From Thermoplasmata archaeon (GTDB lineage: Archaea; Thermoplasmatota; Thermoplasmata; RBG-16-68-12; JAGMCJ01), in contig JAGMAI010000121.1 of the NCBI GenBank assembly GCA_023130895.1, positions 1-44,247 of the forward strand: DNA of 44,247 nt. The letters are read 5' to 3'. A program made the position numbers and the translations under genes. Below the pieces are notes generated by a model. That model ran no database searches. It was given only the letters and a program-made list of their open reading frames with translations, and was not told the DNA's origin. Below are positions 18,301-24,771 of this stretch, piece by piece (position 1 is the first letter of the stretch; each line of letters begins with the position of its first letter).

Positions 18301-18857
18301 GGACCCACGGGGATGGCGGCGTCCCAGTTGTCCTGCACCGGCCACACGTGGAGCCACCTGCTGGTCGAGTAGTTCGTGCCGGGCAGGTTGTTCTTGTCCT
18401 TGATCACGTCGAGCGACCTCTCCAGCGGGTCAATCGCGCGCAGGTGATAGCTGAAGAGGAGGTCGTCCATCGTCATCTGGATGCCGTCGTGCGAGAGCAC
18501 GCCGTTGAAGTCGTAATAGGCGGTGAAACCGAACGGGTCGAACTCCTTCCTGTACACGCCATACTCGTCCAGGTCGAAGACGCCGTCGTCGTCCGCGTCC
18601 ACTCCCTTGAGCAGGTAAGGGAGCGGCCACTGCGTCGCCGGATCCTCGAGACCGACGCTGGCGTAGACGGGCGAGAGCAGGTTGGACGTCCATATGTCGC
18701 TCGGGCCGAGTATGTTCCTCGTCTTCATGTCGTCCTGCGCTCCCACCCTCAGCGTCAGCTGCTGAAGGGGCTCCTCCTCGTTGCTGTTCCCGGCCGTGAC
18801 ATAAGGTGATAGAAGCACCACCGCGCACAGCAGGATTGCCACTCTGTGAATGATCAT
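15384..18857 (-). CDS. 1157-aa membrane-anchored family-5 (peptide/nickel, OppA/DppA-like) solute-binding protein fused to Ig-like and PKD domains and TSP3-type Ca-binding repeats
   Basis: Signal peptide MIIHRVAILLCAVVLLSPYVTA. SBP_bac_5-like motifs: SHDGIQMTMDDLLFSY, GPFEFDSWTPGVSARTTRYEDY, FTYLGYNMRRSPF, RKAISHVIDKDTII, YNYDLDAARQILDDH. Several Ig-like domains follow. PKD-like segment: ADAGSDQIVSQGDTVTFDGMGSTDN...YTWTF. TSP3 repeats: DGDGDGLSDWDEE..GTDPADADTDGDGMGDG. C-terminal TM plus MRWMRRPEE. GGGAGGAAG lies directly upstream of the ATG. Confidence 0.85.
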   Translation of the reverse strand: MIIHRVAILLCAVVLLSPYVTAGNSNEEEPLQQLTLRVGAQDDMKTRNILGPSDIWTSNLLSPVYASVGLEDPATQWPLPYLLKGVDADDDGVFDLDEYGVYRKEFDPFGFTAYYDFNGVLSHDGIQMTMDDLLFSYHLRAIDPLERSLDVIKDKNNLPGTNYSTSRWLHVWPVQDNWDAAIPVGPDATLTFALHFNQQTTYAGFVRHTLNDATIIPRHIWEGSGKVCLDATAGVCTSWQEPIHANFGYAYDPVTHNGVPATDPSAFDYSEAEIWDLSDNEVVATGPFEFDSWTPGVSARTTRYEDYMTYAFDCERSGTPPVCQGNFYSHMHKPIIDGMLFKIYKTAQASVFALQAGEIDIVSWSIPPEFVGGLQADPTVGLSTTAERGFTYLGYNMRRSPFGYWNNTPLQGDDGYYLRKAISHVIDKDTIISVLLQDYGVKGDQPIRPEDAQWYNGSVTKYNYDLDAARQILDDHYTIGGFGLGWSGGWRNLPTIGTQEVEILCSQADYDPIQASACNMIAWGAQQVGLNIVSKLMAFGEITDRLEDRAMDIWIYYERIGSDPPEFYTDFYYSGSAPAGLNYAGFQNETFDSLSTNARAELDPDMQRQLIKEASALLADALPNDVLHFRDNIEAYREDRFVNWTVGRADSIFADSYWSWIGIHPPYGTTVDVLLPGGGTVNEGESLPVEIFVHSGYDDPLEGANVTVYVTPAGPTVVPDSGVTAANGTIGTLTFTAPEVTQDTMYWVTAYADYMGEWGNGSAMILVRNVDLLPPEMLDLTAEPDPQEMGGAVNISLSVQDESLVWVICQVLDAGLVEIENATMFYDSLSDRYYFERTYDAAGTYGFRIWAVDLHWNDNSTEGSFHILGPPPTISDVQWQRLSGNIPTSVNVSATIEYPNGADGAWLHVWDPDGQEIGNYSMLSSADVYWKVVQTGTAGTFAFRISARDAFDKWAAQDGAFTVADETLPTADAGSDQIVSQGDTVTFDGMGSTDNWLVESYTWTFFNGTDVVTLHGAQPQSMFNVAGGFLVMLEVRDPAGNADQDYLLVQVIATDGDGDGLSDWDEENTYGTDPADADTDGDGMGDGAEVAAGRDPLTADEEGKEEKPLAEEFWWVFLLLAVVFLAALVLLVLMRWMRRPEETAEEPDEGTPPEESE

Positions 18858-18892
18858 CTTCCTCCCAACAGGCTGAAAAAACCCGTTGCTGC

Positions 18893-18899
18893 TATTTAA
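18893..18899 (-). promoter_or_regulatory. TATA-like box (TTAAATA on the minus strand) for the SBP gene
   Basis: On the minus strand, cacTTAAATAgc lies about 39 nt upstream of the ATG at 18857. Confidence 0.5.
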
Positions 18900-18908
18900 G
18901 TGTAGGGG

Positions 18909-18987
18909 CTGGCGGGACGGGGAACTGGGTCAGGACTCGGAGAAGGTCATACTGAAGGCGGAGGAGTAAGGCTCCCGCCAAAACGAT
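18909..18987 (+). repeat. Bipartite repeat TGGCGGGAC-N54-CTCCCGCCAAAACGAT (left flank of vapBC-1)
   Basis: The exact 16-mer is at 18972..18987. The 9-mer TGGCGGGAC is at 18909..18917, and its first 8 nt are the reverse complement of TCCCGCCA. The same arrangement with N55 recurs at 19868..19947. Confidence 0.55.
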
Positions 18988-19019
18988 CATGAGAGAACTC
19001 GCACGGCCCCAGATGCTCG

Positions 19020-19391
19020 CTACGGGCGTCGCTTCCTGAGCTCGGCAACGATCCTCCTGTCATAGGCCAGGACATCCGCTCCGAGCGCCACACAGGTCTG
19101 GACCACAAAGGCGTCGGCGAGGCTCAGCTTCCCTCTGCTGTAGATCTCTCCGACCGCACTCAACTCGACCTTCTCCGCGACTCTCACGTGTGGGAGCTGG
19201 AGAAGGGAATCCAGGGCCCTCTTCCCCGCACCGTGACCGAATCGGTAGGCGAGAAGGTCGATGGTCTCCACCAGGATCTCGGACGGGACGACGATGGGGT
19301 CGGGACCGCTCACGTCCTTCAACGCCCTCTTGTGAAATCGATCGTCCTCGGAGAAGAGCGCATACAGAGCGCTGGTGTCGGCGACCCGCAT
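19020..19391 (-). CDS. vapC: PIN-domain ribonuclease toxin (VapC family), 123 aa
   Basis: The protein starts MRVADTSALYALF. Acidic PIN residues are present (D5, E in PSEILVET, D in LSLADAF, D in AYDRR). Its start overlaps the upstream stop by 1 nt (TGATG). Confidence 0.85.
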   Translation of the reverse strand: MRVADTSALYALFSEDDRFHKRALKDVSGPDPIVVPSEILVETIDLLAYRFGHGAGKRALDSLLQLPHVRVAEKVELSAVGEIYSRGKLSLADAFVVQTCVALGADVLAYDRRIVAELRKRRP

Positions 19392-19645
19392 CACTTCTTC
19401 TCCTTCTTCGCCTTGTGGCGGGCCTCTCCCAGGAGCTCGTCGTGCCGCAGGGAGTCGTCCGGCATCCCGCCCTTGAACGTCGGGAGTTCCGAAAGGTCCA
19501 CGGCATCGCTTCTCCCCTCCAACCGCACGAGGGCCTCCTCCCCTGGGCGGAGACCCAACCTCTCCAGGTCGGCCTTCTGGATGCGGAACCCGTAGGAGTT
19601 CCCCCACTTGAGGATGCGGGCCTTGATTATCGTGTCCTTCGCCAT
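19391..19645 (-). CDS. vapB: AbrB/SpoVT-MazE-type antitoxin (VapB), 84 aa
   Basis: ARILKWGNSYGFRIQKADLERLGLRPGEEALV matches a swapped-hairpin AbrB motif. The C-terminal tail is basic. The gene is translationally coupled to the PIN gene. Confidence 0.8.
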   Translation of the reverse strand: MAKDTIIKARILKWGNSYGFRIQKADLERLGLRPGEEALVRLEGRSDAVDLSELPTFKGGMPDDSLRHDELLGEARHKAKKEKK

Positions 19646-19675
19646 GTATAACCATATCGTTATACGAGTATAAAC
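19646..19675 (-). promoter_or_regulatory. vapBC-1 operator/promoter: inverted repeat GTATAAC-N6-GTTATAC plus a TATA box
   Basis: A perfect 7-bp inverted repeat at 19646-19652 and 19659-19665 abuts the vapB start codon. GTATAAAC at 19668-19675 reads TTTATAC on the coding strand. The half-site resembles the one at vapBC-2. Confidence 0.6.
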
Positions 19676-19867
19676 CTGTTGCCTCCCGGGACAGCATTGG
19701 CGAAGCAGCTATCCGTCGACAAGAAGCGTTATCGTGCATCCCCTCCACCTCGCATATATGACCGTCATCCTCGCGAACGATGGCGGTGATTTACGTGTGA
19801 AAACATGCCCTCCTGCGTATATAACGATTCTCGCTGGCAAATCACTGGCCATTGTGGACTGCGTCAG

Positions 19868-19947
19868 TGGCGGGACAAATCCATCCGATCGCCATGCCCT
19901 CCGCCCTGAGACTGCGAGCGAGCACGTAGCCCTCCCGCCAAAACGAT
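19868..19947 (+). repeat. Bipartite repeat TGGCGGGAC-N55-CTCCCGCCAAAACGAT (right flank of vapBC-1; promoter region of 19993..22386)
   Basis: The 9-mer is at 19868..19876 and the 16-mer at 19932..19947. The 16-mer is immediately followed by TATATG (a BRE/TATA-like AAAACGATTATAT) and lies 61 nt upstream of the ATG at 19993. Confidence 0.55.
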
Positions 19948-19992
19948 TATATGTCCTCAGACGGCTGCCATACTCAAGTTGCGGAGGATGGC

Positions 19993-22386
19993 ATGCGCAG
20001 GTGGAGTCTGTTCGTAGTGCTCGTCGTGATGGCGAGCGTCTTCGCCCTTTCAATTCCCTTTGTCTCGGATGTGAGTGCCACGACCCTCTACGTCGGCGGG
20101 GCGGGCCCGGGGAACTACACGACGATACAGGCGGCGATTGATGCCGCAAATCCAGGAGAGACTGTCTTCGTCTTCAGCGGAACCTATTACGAGAATGTCG
20201 TCGTCAACAAGACCATGTCTCTGATGGGTGAGAGCAGGGATGCGACAATCATCGACGGTGGGGGAGTTGGCGACACCGTGTATCTTACTGCCAGTTGGGT
20301 GAATATCACAGGATTCACCGTCACTGGCAGTGATGTAGGCGGAATTGAGGCGGGGATAAGACTCCAGGACGCCCACAACTGCAACGTGAGCTGGAACAAC
20401 GTCTCGGGCAACGGCTTCGGGATTACTCTCAATCAGGCCCACAACAGCACCATCGCTCACAATAACCTCTTCTTGAACTCCGACAACATAGCCATGTACG
20501 TCACGCGCTCGACGAACGCCACGATCACCCAGAATGTCATGTCTCGGAACGGCATCTACGTGGACGGTAGTCTCCTCGAGCACTGGAACAGCCACACCAT
20601 CGACACGACCAACACCGTCGACGGCGACCCCGTCTACTACTGGAAGGACGTCGTTGGGGGAACTGCACCGTCGGACGCCGCCCAGGTCATCCTCGCCAAC
20701 TGCTCCCATTGGCTCGTGGAAGGCATGTATGTGGACAACAGCTCCGTGGCGGTCCAGCTCGGCTTCTCCTCGAACAACACGATAGCGAGCAACACCGCTG
20801 TCCGGAACCGTATGGGCATGCTCATTTCCGACTCGAGAGACAACATCGTCACGGGAAACAACATCTCGGACAACTACTTCGGGATCATCATCATGGGCTC
20901 GGAGAACAACACCCTGTTTCACAATCTCTTCATTAACAACACGATGCAAGCCGCCGGCTCAGGTCCCAACACATGGGACAACGGATATCCGTCGGGCGGC
21001 AACTACTGGAGCGACTACGCCGGGACCGATGACAAGCTAGGTCCGGATCAGGACATACCGGGAAGCGATGGGATCGGCGACACGCCCTACGAGTATCACT
21101 CTGGGGACGGGATAGACATGTACCCGCTCATGGGTCCGGATCCGCCGTCCTTCGCCCTGCCCACACCACCGCGCAACCTGCAGGCCGTCGCGGGGGACGA
21201 CCACGTGAACCTGACGTGGGAACCGCCCGTCTCGGACGGTGGACTCCCGGTAATGAACTACAGCGTGTATCGCGGCACGAGCCCCGGTCAGGGAACCCTC
21301 CATGTGGAGGTCGGGAACGTCACATCCTTCAGCGACGCGAGCGTGCTCGTCGGCGTCACGTACTATTACTCAGTCGCTGCGGTGACCTTCGTTGGCGAGG
21401 GCCCGCTGTCGAACGAGGCGAGTGCGACTCCTGCTGACGTGCCGGGCGCACCTTCGGATCTGACGGCAGTGGCGGGAAACGGACAGGCGGACTTGATATG
21501 GCATGAACCGGGCGATGACGGCGGGTCACCCATAACGAACTACACCATATTCAGAGGCCCAGCCCCAGGGCAGGAGACATACCTGACAACGATAGGCAAT
21601 GTTCTCTCGCACACGGATACTGGCCTGGAGAATGACATGACCTATTACTACAGAGTGGCGGCGGTGAACGGCATTGGCACAGGCGCCCGTTCCAACGAGG
21701 CGAACGCTACTCCCTTCAATCAGATCCCCGACTGTGTCATATCGGCGCCAACCTCTGGAACCGTGGTCTCAGGCGATATAACGGTGGCGGGAACCTCGCA
21801 TGACCCCGATGGGGCTGTCGTCACGGTTGAGGTCAAGATGGATGATGGTCCGTGGACTCCGGTCAGCGGAACAGTGTCGTGGAGCTATGAGTGGGACACA
21901 ACGTCCGTCGCCGACGGCAATCACACGATTCATGCGCGCTCTTTCGACGGGACGACCTACTCGGCCGAGGTGGCGGTGACCATCCACATCAACAACACGG
22001 TGCCTCCCCCTGAGGATGACGACGAAGACTTCATGGAGACCTGGACGTGGATAACTCGAATATTCATGATAGTCGTGCTTTCGGTGTTCCTCGTTGTGGC
22101 GATAAACGCAGAGCGGAAGCGCAGGAAGCGGCGCCAGATGGACAGTGAAGCCCGCGCCCTGCTCCCGGAATCGAAGGAGGATGGGGCGGAGCCATGGAAA
22201 GGGCCCGCCGAGAGGCTTCAGGGCTACTTCTTCGTGGTTTTCGTGAACGCCATCATCGCATCGAGCCTCTTCCTCATCGCCTTGACCGTGACCGGGGTGA
22301 CCCTCGTAGGCGGGGTCTTGTTCTTGGTGGTCTCATTCTCTCTCTTCGCCTGCTACATCATGGTGCAGATGAAGGAATGGCGCTGA
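19993..22386 (+). CDS. Membrane-anchored beta-helix (NosD-like) surface protein with two FN3 domains, an Ig-like domain and three C-terminal TM segments
   Basis: The start at ATG 19993 (MRRWSLFVVLVVMASVFALS) has GCGGAGG upstream. The N-terminus and the cap motif (WDNGYPSGGNYWSDY..GSDGIGDTPY) are paralogous to 1..2517. Two FN3-like units: P.(N/D)L.AVAG(D/N)..(V/A)(N/D)L.W..P..DGG.P(V/I).NY.(V/I)(Y/F)RG. Ig-like domain with DGNHTIHARSFDG. A TM segment is followed by ERKRRKRRQ and two further TM helices. Confidence 0.85.
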   Translation: MRRWSLFVVLVVMASVFALSIPFVSDVSATTLYVGGAGPGNYTTIQAAIDAANPGETVFVFSGTYYENVVVNKTMSLMGESRDATIIDGGGVGDTVYLTASWVNITGFTVTGSDVGGIEAGIRLQDAHNCNVSWNNVSGNGFGITLNQAHNSTIAHNNLFLNSDNIAMYVTRSTNATITQNVMSRNGIYVDGSLLEHWNSHTIDTTNTVDGDPVYYWKDVVGGTAPSDAAQVILANCSHWLVEGMYVDNSSVAVQLGFSSNNTIASNTAVRNRMGMLISDSRDNIVTGNNISDNYFGIIIMGSENNTLFHNLFINNTMQAAGSGPNTWDNGYPSGGNYWSDYAGTDDKLGPDQDIPGSDGIGDTPYEYHSGDGIDMYPLMGPDPPSFALPTPPRNLQAVAGDDHVNLTWEPPVSDGGLPVMNYSVYRGTSPGQGTLHVEVGNVTSFSDASVLVGVTYYYSVAAVTFVGEGPLSNEASATPADVPGAPSDLTAVAGNGQADLIWHEPGDDGGSPITNYTIFRGPAPGQETYLTTIGNVLSHTDTGLENDMTYYYRVAAVNGIGTGARSNEANATPFNQIPDCVISAPTSGTVVSGDITVAGTSHDPDGAVVTVEVKMDDGPWTPVSGTVSWSYEWDTTSVADGNHTIHARSFDGTTYSAEVAVTIHINNTVPPPEDDDEDFMETWTWITRIFMIVVLSVFLVVAINAERKRRKRRQMDSEARALLPESKEDGAEPWKGPAERLQGYFFVVFVNAIIASSLFLIALTVTGVTLVGGVLFLVVSFSLFACYIMVQMKEWR

Positions 22387-22402
22387 TCCTACCGCCCGGA
22401 GG

Positions 22403-22419
22403 CCTTTCGCCAAAACGAC
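22403..22419 (+). other. Variant of the recurrent motif (CCTTTCGCCAAAACGAC) in a 3' intergenic position
   Basis: It contains the core CGCCAAAACGA and has the same CCTTTCGCCA prefix as 15346..15364. It lies 17 nt after the stop at 22386. Confidence 0.4.
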
Positions 22420-22427
22420 AGAGGCGA

Positions 22428-22718
22428 TTAGAGCAACGTCCTGTCGTACGGTCTCCGCCCCACGCGCTTGGCGACATCATACAGGATGAAGCCGATGCCC
22501 GCCAAGAGAAGGACCTGCGCGAACGCCATCAGGTGCCCCGCGAAGAGGTTCTCCTCGGCGATCATCCTGTCGAACTCACTTCCGGAGAGATCAGAATTCT
22601 CATATCGCTCGTACATCTCGTGAGGCCCCACCTCCACCACGGCACCGACGATGTGAAACAGTATCGCCATCACAATCATGCCGAGACCAATGAGTCTCAT
22701 CGTTACATCCATGAGCAT
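22428..22718 (-). CDS. Small two-TM membrane protein (hypothetical)
   Basis: Two hydrophobic segments (LIGLGMIVMAILFHIVGAVV and HLMAFAQVLLLAGIGFILY). GGAGG spacing favours the third codon, ATG 22712, as the start. Confidence 0.6.
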   Translation of the reverse strand: MLMDVTMRLIGLGMIVMAILFHIVGAVVEVGPHEMYERYENSDLSGSEFDRMIAEENLFAGHLMAFAQVLLLAGIGFILYDVAKRVGRRPYDRTLL

Positions 22719-22888
22719 CCTCCGGTGGATGGATGGCCTTCGGGCTATATGAGTGTTGTCGGGACGGCCTCACCATCGGAAACCTGATACGCCTGCACAG
22801 CGTTCCCGCAAGCACAATGGAGTCCTCCGCGCCATCAAAAGGGATTAGTACCCTGACGCTCATGCCGGCTCAGTCGGAAGGGTTGCAC

Positions 22889-24061
22889 ATGACAACTTGC
22901 ACAAGTTGCGGACGCGCTATTCAGGAGACCGACGTCACATGTCCCCGTTGCGGCGCGGCTCTGGCCCCGCAGGCCAAGGGCCCGGCCGAGGCGAGCTCGA
23001 CCGCCAAGGCGGGGGGAGCGATAGGGGCCGTGGGCTCCATCGCGATGTTCGTCCAGAACCTGATGATCGTCATAGGCCTGCTGCTCCTGGTTGTCTCCAT
23101 CGGGGCCGTCTTCTCGGACCCGGGCAGGGCGTTCGACCAGGCGTTCGTGGGAGTGATTCTGATAATGTACAGCTTCTACGTCGACTACCTCGGTCTCGCG
23201 ATAATAGGCGTCGGACTCGTGGTCATCAGCGTGGGGCTGAGAAAGGTCGTCAGCGGGAAGACGATGGCGCTGGGCCTCACGGCCGGCATCATGTGCATAC
23301 TGTGGGTCGTCCTCACGTATCTATGGCGGGTGTACTACCCGGAGGCGATGGCGGAGTCCCTCTCGATCCTGCTGGAGGACATAATGGGGCTCAGCAGCAC
23401 CACGGCCGGCACTTTCGACACGATCATCGATCAGGTGCAGGGCATGATGTACACCTGGATAGGGGCTTCCGTGCTGCTGATCATAGCGTCGTTCGTCTTC
23501 GCGTTCTTCATCTCGGGCGTGGGGAAGGACACGAACTACCCGGGGAAGCTCAGGAGCTACTCCTGGCCCATCTTCACCATAGTCAACGGCGTGGGCACCA
23601 TCCTCGTCGCGACGTTCGTGCTCGGCGCCCTGAACCTGAACTTCAACCCCATAGGGTTGCTGGCGGGCCTGTTCATCAAGGGCCTCGTCGTGCCCATCAT
23701 CGCGCTCTACGTGTACATCTCGCTGCTGAGGAAGTTCCTCAAGCTGGGGAAGGTCACGGAGCACCCGGCACCCGTGGCGTATCCCGCCGCCCCGCCGGCC
23801 CCGGCGTACTACCCGCCACCACCCGTCGCTCCAGCACCGCCCGCGGCTCCAGTGGAGGCCCCGCCCGTCGAGGAACCGCCCGCGGAGGAACCTGCACCCC
23901 CAGAGGAGACGGCACCCCCGGAAGAACCCGGACCGCCCGTGGAGGAAGCTCCGCCGGAGGAACCTGGATCGCAGCCCGTTCAAGGAATGTGCGTCTCGTG
24001 CGGTCAGCCGCTGGTAGCGGGCGATAAGTTCTGCATGCACTGCGGGGCGGGCGCGAAGTAG
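22889..24061 (+). CDS. Polytopic membrane protein flanked by N- and C-terminal zinc ribbons, with a Pro/Glu-rich linker
   Basis: N-terminal ribbon CTSCGRAIQETDVTCPRCG. About 7 TM helices. Low-complexity linker PAPPAAPVEAPPVEEPPAEEPAPPEETAPPEEPGPPVEEAPPEEPG. C-terminal ribbon CVSCGQPLVAGDKFCMHCG. The alternative start is ATG 22862; the track's 22733 start is less likely. Confidence 0.7.
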   Translation: MTTCTSCGRAIQETDVTCPRCGAALAPQAKGPAEASSTAKAGGAIGAVGSIAMFVQNLMIVIGLLLLVVSIGAVFSDPGRAFDQAFVGVILIMYSFYVDYLGLAIIGVGLVVISVGLRKVVSGKTMALGLTAGIMCILWVVLTYLWRVYYPEAMAESLSILLEDIMGLSSTTAGTFDTIIDQVQGMMYTWIGASVLLIIASFVFAFFISGVGKDTNYPGKLRSYSWPIFTIVNGVGTILVATFVLGALNLNFNPIGLLAGLFIKGLVVPIIALYVYISLLRKFLKLGKVTEHPAPVAYPAAPPAPAYYPPPPVAPAPPAAPVEAPPVEEPPAEEPAPPEETAPPEEPGPPVEEAPPEEPGSQPVQGMCVSCGQPLVAGDKFCMHCGAGAK

Positions 24062-24097
24062 GCGCCTGCGCTCCGCTACGGAAACCCGTGAGACCGC

Positions 24098-24484
24098 TCA
24101 CGCGATAACGACAGCGTCCTCGGCCTCGCGGAAATCGGAGTCCGTCGTGAGCAGTTTCTGGTCGATCGACCTCGCGCTCGCGAGGATGATGCCGTCCAGC
24201 AGGCTGAACTTGGACGCGCCACGTTCCCGCATCCCGCGCTTGATCCTGGAGCCCTCCAGACAGATGTCCTCGGACAGGGGGATAACTCCCACGATGCCCT
24301 TCAGCCTCGAGATCCATTCGGACAGGTCGATGCTGTTCTCCAGGCACCAATCCGAGAGCTCCGCCAGCTGGAGCATTGAGATGAACAGGGGATCGTCCTC
24401 GATCGCCTCGAGAATCCTCCCGAACCTCTCGGACTCCCGCCTCGAGCGGAGGACCTCCACCACGATGGTCGTGTCAAGGAACAT
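24098..24484 (-). CDS. vapC: PIN-domain toxin (VapC family), 128 aa
   Basis: The protein starts MFLDTTIVVEVL. The acidic tetrad is present (D4, E in LQLAELSDW, D in SLLDGIILA, D in TTDSDF). The same 1-nt TGATG overlap with the antitoxin gene is seen as at vapBC-1. Confidence 0.85.
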   Translation of the reverse strand: MFLDTTIVVEVLRSRRESERFGRILEAIEDDPLFISMLQLAELSDWCLENSIDLSEWISRLKGIVGVIPLSEDICLEGSRIKRGMRERGASKFSLLDGIILASARSIDQKLLTTDSDFREAEDAVVIA

Positions 24485-24693
24485 CAGAACCTTTCCCTCT
24501 TGTCCCTCTTGAATCGCGGTTTTCCCACGTACATACCGGCCAGTGCCAGGAGTCGCTCCTTCCTCTTGAGCGGAATCATCACCTTCACGTTGTCCCCTTG
24601 ACCATAGCCCAGCTCGTCGAGGACCTCGGAGGGTATGATTATTCCGAGGGAGTTCCCAATCCTCCTCAGCTTGGCCTCGAAGGTGCTGCTCAT
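24484..24693 (-). CDS. vapB: AbrB/SpoVT-type antitoxin (VapB), 69 aa
   Basis: KLRRIGNSLGIIIPSEVLDELGYGQGDNVKV matches the AbrB-fold motif, and the C-terminus is basic. Confidence 0.8.
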   Translation of the reverse strand: MSSTFEAKLRRIGNSLGIIIPSEVLDELGYGQGDNVKVMIPLKRKERLLALAGMYVGKPRFKRDKRERF

Positions 24694-24696
24694 CAG

Positions 24697-24723
24697 TATC
24701 TGTTATAACGTTATAACTAGATA
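24697..24723 (-). promoter_or_regulatory. vapBC-2 operator/promoter: tandem palindromic octamers GTTATAAC GTTATAAC inside a larger near-palindrome
   Basis: TATCT-GTTATAACGTTATAAC-TAGATA starts 4 nt upstream of the vapB start codon. The octamers are at 24702-24709 and 24710-24717. Confidence 0.6.
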
Positions 24724-24771
24724 TAGTTTGCTCAAATGACACATCCACGTGGGGCTGTGACACCCACCTAG

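Noticed and set aside
16134-18809. Long + strand ORFs (16134..17399, 421 aa; 17430..18809, 459 aa) opposite the SBP gene
   Set aside because: They are Arg/Pro/Val/Gly/His-rich, low-complexity shadow ORFs typical of the antisense strand of GC-rich genes. The minus-strand frame carries clear SBP/PKD motifs. The same reasoning rejects 30757..32145 (+), 20050..20949 (-), 22897..24027 (+, alternative frame), 27621..28589 (-), 28650..29474 (-) and 1057..1722 (-).
19709-20149. ORFs spanning the vapB/beta-helix divergent intergenic region (19734..20141 +, 19709..20149 -, and the long 19020..19748 extension of vapC)
   Set aside because: The composition is not protein-like (R/P/G-rich). They overlap promoter, operator and repeat elements. 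The PIN domain begins cleanly at ATG 19391, coupled to the antitoxin stop.
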